Both the position numbers and the translations under genes were made by a program. The notes beneath the pieces are model-generated. The model made no database searches, was not told where the DNA came from, and saw only the letters and a list, made by a program, of their open reading frames with translations. A stretch of DNA of 64,000 nt, from the NCBI GenBank assembly GCA_041649175.1, contig JBAZNR010000001.1, positions 258,332-322,331 on the forward strand, in the 5' to 3' direction. The stretch's first letter is position 1, and each line of letters begins with the position of its first letter. The DNA comes from Candidatus Omnitrophota bacterium. Lineage in GTDB: Bacteria; Omnitrophota; Gorgyraeia; Zapsychrales; JBAZNR01. Positions 28,950-39,400 of the stretch are shown piece by piece.

Positions 28950-31370
28950 CTATCCTAAAGTCACCTGCACCTTATGGACTTTTCCATCATTAAAAGGCGT
29001 TATTAAGTTCCCTTCAATTTCATTTCCATCCACTACGACTTTCGTAACACCTTTTTCTTTTCCTTTAGGATTTAAGATCTCAATGTCATAAATATCACCT
29101 CGAAAGGGGCGACGAATAGAACATTTTTTCCATTTTTTAGGAATGCAAGGATCAACCCTTAAACCGTCAAAATCCCTGCGCGCGCCCAAAACCCATTCGG
29201 TTCCGGCCATAAACGTCCAGCCAGAGGTTCCGGTGATCCAAGTAAATGCCCCTTCCCCGTAACGATAGGGATTTTCCGGCCCTACCAAATATTCGGAATA
29301 AATATACGGTTCTGTTTTATACAGATCCATATCTTTTTGCGCGTTGGGCATAATTTTGCGCATCGCTTCATAAGCCTTGTCGCCGTATCCGGCCATCGCT
29401 AATCCAACCAGCATAAACGTTGCCGCGTGACAGAACACGGCTGCGTTTTCTTTTGTCCCTTCCGAAAACATACTGATGCGCCCTAAGCGTTTGACCCAAG
29501 ACGAATACGCCGGATAAAATAGCGCGAAACCATGCGCGCCGTTCAAATATTTATCGGCTGATTCAACGATCGTCTTTAATCTCTCCTCACGCGCCACACC
29601 GGAAAGAATAGCCCAGGCTTGCGTATTGATATAAATTCTTTTTCCTTCTTTATCTTTAGCGCTTCCGTAAACAACGCCGTCATCATCAAACCCGCGCACA
29701 TACCAAGCTCCGTCCCAGGCGAGCGTATTAACGCGCTCATCCATGGTTTTAGCCATTTGCAGATATTTATTCTTTTTGTCTTGATCGCCCATGCGCTCGC
29801 AAAGATCCGCCAATATTTTTAACGAACGCACCAAGGCTTGCGCTAACCAAACGCTTTCACCCTTATGGCGAATTCCGGCCGCGTCAATAGCATCGTTCCA
29901 ATCGGCATGGCCGATACGCGGGAAACCTTTTTCGCCGACATCGTTAAAACAAAATTCCAGATTTTTTTCCAAATGTTCAAAAAGCGTTCCTTCGCCGTCT
30001 GTTTGCGCGCCGCCTTTCCAATTGCGGTCAATTTCCCATCCTGCCACCCACTGATCTTTTAAATACGGAACGTATTCCGATAAAATGCCCTGATCACCGG
30101 TTTCCTTAATATAGGCACTCACGGTCGCCGTCAACCAAACCTGATGGTCTTTATTAGGACGGTGTTTATTAGGCCCCGTTGTATCCGACCAGCCCGGAGC
30201 GGACGTGCCGTCACGGCGAATGAGTGAAGCTATTTTGAGGATCTTTTTTCTGGTCAACTCCGGATTAATGGAACAAATGCCTTCCGAATCTTGACAGCTA
30301 TCACGATAACCGCGCCCACCGGACCCTTCATGATAAAACGACGGTGAACGCGACCAAAGATTACAAATATAAACCTGGTATTTCACCCAGACATTCATCA
30401 TGGTGTTGAAATCTTGATCGGGAGTTTCGATAACGATATTATCCGCAATGCGTTTTTTCCAAATATTTTTAGTAGCCTGCAATTCTTTTTTGGCGTGAGA
30501 AACATCGCGGTATTTTTCCAACACTTTGGTGATGGTGGGGATCTTTTCGGTCTGCCCTAAACAAATCGTAAATTCTTTGGTTTGTCCGGGTGCTAATTTT
30601 ATCGAATGACGGAATGTGCCGATGCCGTCTTCGCCGGAACACAAAGGAAAATTCTGGAATTTTCCTTCTAAAATACCTTCCGGATTTTCTTCCGTATTGC
30701 AACGTCCGAGAAAAACATCTTTTTGCGTACAGCAACCTTTGACCGGCAGAGAAGAAGCGAAAAAGATCAAACTGTCAAAGGGTTGGATATTCATTCCCTG
30801 CCATTGAGCCGTCTTTTTGGCGTAAATGGCTTGATGAGATTTATCGAACCAAATACGGCTGTAGAGATTCATGATATTGCGATAACGCAATTCTTCGTGA
30901 TAATCACCGATCAAAAATTCTACGTAGGGAAAAACTTCTAAATTTTTTGTCTTTTTTGTTTTATTGGTCAAAGAAACGATCCAAACTTCGCAATCATCAT
31001 GTTCGGGGACAAAATAAGTGACTTCGGAGGCCAGGCCATTGTTAACGGCGGAGATCGTCGTATAGCCTAAACCGTGACGGCATTCAAATTGACTCGGTTT
31101 GGTACGAATGGGCTGATAGGTCAGCGAAAATGTTTTACCGCCGTCACGGACATAAATATATTTTCCGGGGCGGTCAAAATGCCAATTTTCCGGCGCCCAG
31201 CGCGTAATGCGGTTGGTGCGGCAATCTTTATAAAAACTATAGCCGCCGGCGCACTGCGAAATAATAGAACAATAGGTTTCATTAGTTAAATAATTGATCC
31301 AGGGGCGAGGGGTGGTGGGTGTTGTGATAACGTACTCTAAACTATCTTTGGAAAAATGGCCGTATTTCAT
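28950..31370 (-). CDS. GH94-family glycoside phosphorylase (cellobiose/cellodextrin/chitobiose phosphorylase-like)
   Basis: 806 aa. N-terminus MKYGHFSKDSLEYVITTPTTPRPWINYLTNE...AGGYSFYKDCRTNRITRW closely matches the cellobiose phosphorylase N-terminal signature, and length and architecture fit GH94. Confidence 0.8.
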   Translation of the reverse strand: MKYGHFSKDSLEYVITTPTTPRPWINYLTNETYCSIISQCAGGYSFYKDCRTNRITRWAPENWHFDRPGKYIYVRDGGKTFSLTYQPIRTKPSQFECRHGLGYTTISAVNNGLASEVTYFVPEHDDCEVWIVSLTNKTKKTKNLEVFPYVEFLIGDYHEELRYRNIMNLYSRIWFDKSHQAIYAKKTAQWQGMNIQPFDSLIFFASSLPVKGCCTQKDVFLGRCNTEENPEGILEGKFQNFPLCSGEDGIGTFRHSIKLAPGQTKEFTICLGQTEKIPTITKVLEKYRDVSHAKKELQATKNIWKKRIADNIVIETPDQDFNTMMNVWVKYQVYICNLWSRSPSFYHEGSGGRGYRDSCQDSEGICSINPELTRKKILKIASLIRRDGTSAPGWSDTTGPNKHRPNKDHQVWLTATVSAYIKETGDQGILSEYVPYLKDQWVAGWEIDRNWKGGAQTDGEGTLFEHLEKNLEFCFNDVGEKGFPRIGHADWNDAIDAAGIRHKGESVWLAQALVRSLKILADLCERMGDQDKKNKYLQMAKTMDERVNTLAWDGAWYVRGFDDDGVVYGSAKDKEGKRIYINTQAWAILSGVAREERLKTIVESADKYLNGAHGFALFYPAYSSWVKRLGRISMFSEGTKENAAVFCHAATFMLVGLAMAGYGDKAYEAMRKIMPNAQKDMDLYKTEPYIYSEYLVGPENPYRYGEGAFTWITGTSGWTFMAGTEWVLGARRDFDGLRVDPCIPKKWKKCSIRRPFRGDIYDIEILNPKGKEKGVTKVVVDGNEIEGNLITPFNDGKVHKVQVTLG

Positions 31371-31517
31371 AGAACGTGTTCCTTATCCGAATATAAGAAA
31401 TGGTTAATAGAAATTTGTAGGAGAAAATTTTATTTCCGAGAAATTTGATCCCAAAAGAAATATTCGAGAGTTTAACACAAGGGCAATGCGAAGGTCAAGA
31501 TTTTTTAGGAAATAGAG

Positions 31518-31561
31518 AAAGGCGCCTGTCTTGCCATTTTTGCGGCAAGACAGGCGCCTTT
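31518..31561 (-). terminator. rho-independent terminator downstream of PilZ gene 31596..31925
   Basis: AAAGGCGCCTGTCTTGCC-loop-GGCAAGACAGGCGCCTTT hairpin, with a T-rich run on the minus strand. Confidence 0.6.
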
Positions 31562-31595
31562 CGTTTTCAACATCTTCCCGTGCTTTTGAAAAACC

Positions 31596-31925
31596 CTATT
31601 GACAGTACTTAAAGATCCTCTGGGTATCCATAAAGTCAACCTTATCAAATCTTAATCCGGCATCAAAAGCGCTTGGATTAATGGCCCTGCTCCAAACGAT
31701 TTTCCCGCTTAAAATAAGCGGGTCGTGGCCATCAGGAAGCTCCACGACAAGGTCTACTTTATCCTCAAGATTTATTTGCTCTTTGGTGACAATCTTTGCG
31801 CCCTCGGCGGAGATATCACGCAAAAAAACATTACTGCCAAAATCATTCCGTGAATATTGAAACTTAACGGGGAACCTCGCGGTAAAACGATCGAAGACAC
31901 GACGGTCATCTATTTTCACTGTCAT
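31596..31925 (-). CDS. single-domain PilZ protein (c-di-GMP receptor family)
   Basis: 109 aa with RRVFDR (RxxxR) and DISAEGAKI (DxSxxG) motifs. Confidence 0.65.
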   Translation of the reverse strand: MTVKIDDRRVFDRFTARFPVKFQYSRNDFGSNVFLRDISAEGAKIVTKEQINLEDKVDLVVELPDGHDPLILSGKIVWSRAINPSAFDAGLRFDKVDFMDTQRIFKYCQ

Positions 31926-31997
31926 GGCTTCCTTTCTCCGTGGCTTTTAAGCTGTCTATTCCCCTCTCCTTTAAAATAGACAATAGGTTAAACATTT

Positions 31998-32025
31998 GGG
32001 CGCCTGCCTTTTAAGGCAGGCGCCC
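31998..32025 (-). terminator. hairpin terminator downstream of PilZ gene 32037..32360
   Basis: GGGCGCCTGCC-TTTTA-GGCAGGCGCCC. Confidence 0.5.
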
Positions 32026-32036
32026 ATATATTCATT

Positions 32037-32360
32037 TTAAGCAAAATGCTTGCTTAAACTTGCGCGCGAACCATCCAGAATTTCGGTAAATGTCATGCCC
32101 ACACGATAAAGGTCGGATTCCAAAATCTTCGTAACCCAGCGCACTTCCCCTACCGCCACCACCGGCTCTCCTTCAGGCGTTAAGTTAAGCTCTACCAACA
32201 TCTTAGTATCTATCGGAATACGGTTTTTAGAAATAAACCCTACTCCGCCTTTACTGATATCGGTCGTTTGTGTGTCCGAAAATCTTGCCGCTTTTTGCGA
32301 AACAACCGGAACCTGGCAATCGTAACGGGCTGATTTTCTTTTTTCTGCTGCTGATGCCAT
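32037..32360 (-). CDS. single-domain PilZ protein (c-di-GMP receptor family)
   Basis: 107 aa with RKSAR (RxxxR) and DISKGGVGF (DxSxGG) motifs. Confidence 0.7.
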   Translation of the reverse strand: MASAAEKRKSARYDCQVPVVSQKAARFSDTQTTDISKGGVGFISKNRIPIDTKMLVELNLTPEGEPVVAVGEVRWVTKILESDLYRVGMTFTEILDGSRASLSKHFA

Positions 32361-32475
32361 TTTAATGAACCTCCATTTATATTGTGCACTATCATTTCAC
32401 AAAATACAAATTATTTTTTTATTTTTTTCTCGTCGGAAAAATAAAATAAATTTCCTATTCAAAAATAATTTGTAT

Positions 32476-35400
32476 TTATTCCGTTATAAACCTATTTTTG
32501 CTCACTCTGGGCGATACGTCATCCGTCGACGAAACACTTGAGCTCCAGTTGATCACTCCCGGCGTAATACCTAAGTTGTCAATAGATTGCTCTTCGTCAG
32601 GGCACACCATGAATAACTGCCCGGGAACGCAAACACGTTCGGTCTGTGACCAAAGAACATTTCGCGGCTGGGCATTATCAAAGCTTCCCAGCCTCGCGTA
32701 ATAGAATCCTCCTCGAAGAAGCCGAAAGAAATGGGACGTTCTACCTAAGGAAATATCAACTGATTCCGTATCAGCAAAATCATCTCTGCGTGATACCTCT
32801 AGAACGTATCCGATAAGACCGTTAGCGGGGGGCGGCTCCTGCCATTGCGCAGAAATCCCAAAGTAACGCCCTTTATTTCCGCGATGAGCTTCAAAGTTGA
32901 TCGGCGCGCTAAACCGCGGATAGTGCCCCGAACGGTCATAGCCCTGCCGCAATGTTGGCCATATTTTCTGGATAGAACTATCGGCAGGAATATTTAAATC
33001 CCACGCAAAAATTGAATGGTGTTCACTGGCTATTCTGCCAAAGTAATCTCCGTTCATGCGATAAAAGCCATCCGCAGTGGCGACAAACTCTAGTGTTCCA
33101 TCTCCATCTAAATCCACAAGGCTTTTATCGGTAAACGCGACTGACTCAACATATTTAGCAAACCCGTCAATGATCTGTCCTTGGGCATTGCGAGCCATTA
33201 TTTTGGTGAAAATGATCCCGTCAACCCATTCATAGGTTGCGTAAATAACATCCGGGTTTCCGTCGGAATCAATATCTCCCAGAATCGGCCCCAGGCGATC
33301 ATCGCCGGACAGGTTCTCCCAGCTGGTTATTATTGTTCCATTTTGATTTAAAATATAGATCGTATACGGCGAAGAGAAGGAGCTGATAATAATATCTAAG
33401 ACGCCGTCTCCGTTCATATCCGCGATCGCCGGGCTGGACACCCTAAAATCAACATCGGGAAACCAGCGCTCTAATTGTTGCGTATTCGGCCTATAGACAT
33501 AAATGCCGCTTGAGGTATTGATAACGATCTCATCTTTGCCGTCATTATTAAAATCCGCTGTTGACGGTGACCCATGGACAGCAAAGGCATCAATGTAAAG
33601 CGGTTCTCTCACTTGCGTCCCGTCGCTATTAAACAACCACAGCATTTTGCTGTAGACCCCATGCTCACAAAAAGCTACAGAATCAGATACGTAAACAATT
33701 TCATCATCCGCGTCATCGTCAAAATTACCTACGCCGACACCAGCGTCAAGATTGGTCCCGGAACAGTCCGGCATTAATTGCGGCCAATTATGTTCGGGAT
33801 TGGCTTCACCATTGATTTGCATCGCGAATAGGGCGCGATGCGGAACTGAAAGGACAGTAAAAATATGCTCTTTGATCCCATTGTGGTCAAGGTCCCAGAG
33901 GGCATTAAATGTGCCATTAGGGCGATACATAATGCCCGAAAAATAGTTTGAATACAAAACTTCCCCATCCCTGTCATGGGCCACAACTCTATTTTCAATC
34001 TCAGTATCATATTTATGATAGAGAAAATCAGAGCTATCGTCTGCATTTAAATCCTCAATAAAAAGCGAGAATTTATTAACGCCATTATACCCATCATCGA
34101 GCGAGATGATATCATCCAGGCCGCCATTAACCCCGATCACGTAAACAGAAGACAATCCTTGGTCGTTAGAACGCAAGAATGTGATCTCTTTTTCCGGATC
34201 ATCATCAACATTTCCTATTGTGGGAATAATGTTGGCAGAGCTCGTCCCATTGGGCAAAGCCATTCTTGCCGGAAAACCTTCTCTGATCGTTGGGTCAAGA
34301 TAAACCAAAGCCATTGGATCTCTTTTGAAAAGCTCTCCGCCATTATAAACACTTAGACGGAATTGATAAAATCCTCTTTGGGTATCCGCCGGGGCATTGA
34401 ACTGCCCTAAGGTTCCGCTTTCAACAGGCTCTTGCCCGTCATTTTCAAGTACGATTCCTGCTGTCGTCCAACTTTCCGTTCCCTGTGGAGCATAATCAAT
34501 AGAGTAATGATGCCCCGTCGACATTCGCATCGTTCCTAAAAAGTCAAAGCTTGTGCGCCAAACATCGCCATCATAAGGATCAGTGATTTGAGTATTATCC
34601 ACGATGAACGAATGATAATCTGTGCTTTCTTGCCCGTTTCCGGTGATCTGTACGCGCACCAAATAAACACCTTCATTGACAAGTTCCAATTTGTTCACCG
34701 AAGACAATCCTAAAACCGTTGGCTGACCCGGCATTAAAGTGACAGTTCCTTCCGCGTGCAGATCCGGATCCCAGATTTGCGGATCCGGAAGATCCCACGG
34801 CTGAAACTGAGGGTCTTGTCCCATATATCCAACATCGTACGTATAATTGTAGATCTGCTGGTTCTGATCGTGATAACTAATAACAGAGGCTTCATACTGG
34901 GCCGAGCTGACACTGTCCGTCAATTTATTGATTTTCACAATGACCGGAACGATTTCTTGGCTGGCGGTTAAGGCGTCAACGCGTCCATGGCCCTGTTTAA
35001 ACGCATTTTCCGTTCCCTCAACAGCACTGTTACGAATTGCATATTTAACCTGATCGGGATTCCAAGTGGGATGTTGCTCAAGTAAAAGCGCCGCCAAACC
35101 GGACACATGCGGCGCTGCCATCGATGTTCCGCGCAGATTAATATGTTCATTATCAATACAATCACTGGCATCCATGCCTTGACCCGGATATTTTGCCGCG
35201 CAGATCCATTGACCCGGAGCCGAAACATCCGGCTTAATACTCCCATCGATCAAAGGCCCTTTGGAAGAAAAATCTGCGATAGAATCGCCATAGTCAAAAC
35301 TTGCCCCTACCGTAATTGCCTTACGCGATGTTCCGGGGCTATTGATTGTTTTGTATTGATAATCATTACCGGCTGAAACAACAACGACGACGCCGGAATT

Positions 35401-36402
35401 GACAAGATTATCCACAGCTAAAGACATCGGATCATCGGGGTCATTGCTTGACGCACCCAAACTCATAGAGACAACGTCAAGTTGATCTACTACCGCTTGA
35501 TCTAAGGCCGCACTTAGGGCGCCTCCTGGGCAACCATGATTTTGGTGTTCCGGATCAAGATAGCCGCAGGCCCTATAGGCATACAACGTGGCATCAGGAG
35601 CAACGCCCCGAATAGGCTGCCAATTACCAGCTATGCCGTTTCCGGCGATGGTGGCCGCTACATGTGTTCCATGGCCATGATCATCCGCGGGATCATTATC
35701 GTTATCAAAGAAATCGTAGCCGCCTTCGATCTTACATCCTTCCCCTAAGCAACCGTTAGGAAATCCATCGACGGCAAAATCGGCATGCGTATAATAAATC
35801 CCGGTATCGATCACGCCGACTTTAACACCTTCCCCTGTATATCCCTCTTGCCAAACCTGCGGAGTATGAATATACGGTATTGACTGCTGCAAAAGTGTGC
35901 GATAAACCGGCCATGCAAAAACTTTCTTCACAAAGCTGAGGTTTTCAATTTGATCTTTTTCCGATGAATTTAAATCAACCGTAATTCCGTTAAGAACATA
36001 AAATACTTCTGTTTTCTGTCTTTGAGCAAATCCGGAAATAATGTTATTGATCTGCGCAATATACTGAGCATGCAAAACCGAAAGATTGCCGGCATATTGC
36101 TGAGCGCTTGTTCTTTGGTTCACGCTGATCGGATAAGAATTAAATTGTGACGCCGCCGGAAGCTCATGGAACTCGATGAAATATGATACGCTTTCTTCCT
36201 GCGGGACAATGACAACTTCTTGATTGTTATTATTAGGAATAACCGGAACTCCGATGGGAATTTCCAGATTTTGCATATCAACTTGCTGCTGCATCAAAGG
36301 CTGTGGTTCTTCAGCAATATACGCTAGTGAAGCAACCGGAACCGCAGAAATTATGAAGAAGCTGACAGCTAAACATCGCGTAAAATGAAAAATACTTTTC
36401 AT
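32476..36402 (-). CDS. secreted subtilisin-like serine protease (S8) with I9 propeptide and a C-terminal FG-GAP/VCBS beta-propeller region
   Basis: Catalytic triad motifs VGVIDTGI (D), HGTHVAAT (H) and GTSMAAPHVSG (S). Repeated DxDGDG calcium-binding FG-GAP motifs (DLDGDGTLEF, DMNGDGVLD, DIDSDGNPD, DFNNDGKDE). Start placed at the signal-peptide Met (MKSIFHF...) with a GGAGG SD; the ORF track extends to 36456. Confidence 0.8.
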   Translation of the reverse strand: MKSIFHFTRCLAVSFFIISAVPVASLAYIAEEPQPLMQQQVDMQNLEIPIGVPVIPNNNNQEVVIVPQEESVSYFIEFHELPAASQFNSYPISVNQRTSAQQYAGNLSVLHAQYIAQINNIISGFAQRQKTEVFYVLNGITVDLNSSEKDQIENLSFVKKVFAWPVYRTLLQQSIPYIHTPQVWQEGYTGEGVKVGVIDTGIYYTHADFAVDGFPNGCLGEGCKIEGGYDFFDNDNDPADDHGHGTHVAATIAGNGIAGNWQPIRGVAPDATLYAYRACGYLDPEHQNHGCPGGALSAALDQAVVDQLDVVSMSLGASSNDPDDPMSLAVDNLVNSGVVVVVSAGNDYQYKTINSPGTSRKAITVGASFDYGDSIADFSSKGPLIDGSIKPDVSAPGQWICAAKYPGQGMDASDCIDNEHINLRGTSMAAPHVSGLAALLLEQHPTWNPDQVKYAIRNSAVEGTENAFKQGHGRVDALTASQEIVPVIVKINKLTDSVSSAQYEASVISYHDQNQQIYNYTYDVGYMGQDPQFQPWDLPDPQIWDPDLHAEGTVTLMPGQPTVLGLSSVNKLELVNEGVYLVRVQITGNGQESTDYHSFIVDNTQITDPYDGDVWRTSFDFLGTMRMSTGHHYSIDYAPQGTESWTTAGIVLENDGQEPVESGTLGQFNAPADTQRGFYQFRLSVYNGGELFKRDPMALVYLDPTIREGFPARMALPNGTSSANIIPTIGNVDDDPEKEITFLRSNDQGLSSVYVIGVNGGLDDIISLDDGYNGVNKFSLFIEDLNADDSSDFLYHKYDTEIENRVVAHDRDGEVLYSNYFSGIMYRPNGTFNALWDLDHNGIKEHIFTVLSVPHRALFAMQINGEANPEHNWPQLMPDCSGTNLDAGVGVGNFDDDADDEIVYVSDSVAFCEHGVYSKMLWLFNSDGTQVREPLYIDAFAVHGSPSTADFNNDGKDEIVINTSSGIYVYRPNTQQLERWFPDVDFRVSSPAIADMNGDGVLDIIISSFSSPYTIYILNQNGTIITSWENLSGDDRLGPILGDIDSDGNPDVIYATYEWVDGIIFTKIMARNAQGQIIDGFAKYVESVAFTDKSLVDLDGDGTLEFVATADGFYRMNGDYFGRIASEHHSIFAWDLNIPADSSIQKIWPTLRQGYDRSGHYPRFSAPINFEAHRGNKGRYFGISAQWQEPPPANGLIGYVLEVSRRDDFADTESVDISLGRTSHFFRLLRGGFYYARLGSFDNAQPRNVLWSQTERVCVPGQLFMVCPDEEQSIDNLGITPGVINWSSSVSSTDDVSPRVSKNRFITE

Positions 36403-36479
36403 CACGCCTCCTCTGTTGGATGATATTGTTTTTATTTCCACATTTCGACTGAACATTTATCTTCTCCTTTCGATCAAGA

Positions 36480-39400
36480 TCAATGACACGTTGGACAAAA
36501 TTCCACCGGGCCGCTTCCAGTCCAATCGTCTGGGTCTCCTCCGGCAAAATACCCCCAAAACTTTTCCATATTTCCTTCCGGGAAAATATGATCGACAGGC
36601 TTGTAGCGCGTCAAGGGATCGTCTTCTTGATCATTACAAACGACATGGCCTCCGGGAACACAAATTGTTTTAACCGATGACCACATCACGTGGCTTCTAT
36701 CATCACGATTAATACTGCCCACGCGAGTAAAATACCAGCCCGCAGAAAGATCAGAAAAGCGGTAATTATAATTCCGTATTCCCACATCAATGGCGCTAGC
36801 ACCATTGATCAGATGACGGAATTGTGGATCTGAGGCAACTTCAGCCGTATAGGCATACACGTACTTTGATGCCAACGCATCATTCCAGGACAAGGAAGCG
36901 CTGTTGGGCCCTTGTCGAGACGCTTGGAAATTCAACGGCGCGCCAATACCGGCGTAAAGGCCGCGGCGTTGTTGATCCTGACGCAGAGATGGCCATAAAT
37001 GATTAAAAGAGGAATCAGGCACATTCAAATTCCACGCATAAAGTGATACTCGCGGGACGAGATCCGTATTTTCATCAAACCCCGCATCGTCATCATCGGA
37101 GGAACGCTGCAATCCCTTTGATGTTGCCACCAGTTCAAGTGTTCCGTCACCATCAAGATCTGTGAGGATCTTGCCGGGCGTTGTACCCGGCTCAATGTAT
37201 TTAGGAAAACCTGTTATCTCCTGTCCGAGGTAATTCTTGGCGTGGATAGAGCTGAAATAATGATCACCAATATCTTCAAAATCGCTATAAAGAACATCTA
37301 CCTGATTGTCTCCGTTAACATCGCCAAGTATTGCTCCATGAAAATCAGTAAATTTACCATGGACCGGCCAACCGCTTAGCACCGTTCCATTTTGATGCAG
37401 AACATAAATCGAGAACATAGTTGCCTCTCCTGCCTCGAAATTGGCGCTAACCACAACAATGTCGAGATAACCATCGCCATCAACATCACCTAAGGCAGGA
37501 GTAGAAAATGAACAGTCAATGCCAGATAAAAGATGCGCAGTAATTCCAGTTGCCGGATCATACCTATAAACCCCTTGATCAGTATTGACAAAAATTTCGT
37601 CAATGCCATCACCGTTAGAATCACCGCTGGAAGGAGTAGAATACGAGGCCCCGCTAAAATAAACAGGATCAGCGACAGAAAGACCGTCGTAATTAAAAAT
37701 ATATAGCTGCATTAATGGAACACCCGCGTCACAAAATGCCTCAGACTCTCCGACATAAGCAATTTCTTTATCTTCCCTATTGCTGTTAAAATTACCGACC
37801 AAAGGACTCGGCCCAAGTTCCGGCAGTCGACAAGCTGTTATGGTCTTTGGCCAGTTATCGGAGACAGGGTCTCCATTAAAATCAATCAGGTGAAGCGACT
37901 TGCTAAAAGGAGATATAGAATTTACTTGAGCAAAAATGATCTCTCTCGCCCTGTCATTATTAAGGTCCGTATTAACAAAAAAAGTGTCCTGAATGAATCC
38001 ACCGTTAAGTAGCCCACCTGCAAATATTCGAGACCATATGTGTCCTCCATCTTGACGTTTAGTACGCAATTCATTAGGATTTTGAAAACTATCGTGGCTT
38101 TGGCTTTGAAAAAGAAAATCATCGACACTATCTCCGTCAAAATCATCAAGGATAAGAGAGTGATGATTAAAATAGTTATATGTATTTCCATAATTTATTG
38201 TATTTTCATGTTCCCCATTGCTACCAAAAATATGAATACTTCTTCTGTAGCCTGAAGTTAGGCCATAAGAAACAAAGGACATTTCTTGCCTGCCATCATT
38301 GTCAATATCCTTAATGACCAGAACTGGATCTGCCTCAGAGGACTCGGAAGCATATCGTATGGTCCGTGCCGGAAAACCGCTGCGCAATTCTTGATCAACG
38401 CGAACAACGGCAATTGGCTTACTCCACCTCAGTTGATTACCATCATATATCCTTATCCAGAATTTATAAAAACCCGTTGGAAGAGATTCCGGTGTCTGAA
38501 AATTCCCTAATGCTCCTTCCTCTACAGGTTCAAGTCCCTCTTGGGTAAGTGTAATTCCATCACTCGTGAAATATGGCAACGATGAAAGATACGGCTCATA
38601 TTCGATCATATATCGGTATCCCGGGTTTATACGGATCGATCCGGAAAATGATATCGTCTCCCGCCCGATCACATCACCGCTACGCGGACTGACCACTCGC
38701 GCATTTTCTACCAAAAACGTATGGTAGTCTGTCGAATCATACCCACCTGCACTGATCGTCCTAAATCGCGCCAAATAAATACCATCAGCCGGCAATAAAG
38801 ATTTATCGATCGGATTTTGTAGTAATTCTTGAGGAATTCCCGCTTGAAGTACGATCGCGCCTTCTTGATGAAAATTAGTCATCCACTGACCGGGATCCTG
38901 CAGGTCATCCGGCTGAAAATAAGGGTCACTTCCCATATAGCCAACATCAAAGGCATATTGATATTCACCCGGCAATTCATCATGATAGCTTATCAACTGA
39001 GTTCTAAATGAGACTTCGTCTACCGTATCAACATCTTTCAGTATTTTGACAATGACCGGTGGCGGCTCTTGGCTTGCCGCAACCGCGCTAACACGGCCAT
39101 GGCCCTGAGTAAGGACATTGTATCCAAGATCGATCGCGCTATTACGAATGGCATATTTAATTTGGTCCGGATTCCAACCGGGGTGCTGCTCTAAAAGAAG
39201 AGCCGCCATGCCCGCCACATGCGGTGCCGACATAGACGTTCCCCAGGCGCTGACATGCGTACCATCAATACACGGAGTCCATCCCACGGTATTGGCTGCT
39301 TTTGCGGCACAAATTATTGCCCCAGGAGCAACAACATCAGGTTTTACACTGCCATCCATCGTTGGCCCTTTTGACGAAAAATCGATCATCTGATCAGACC

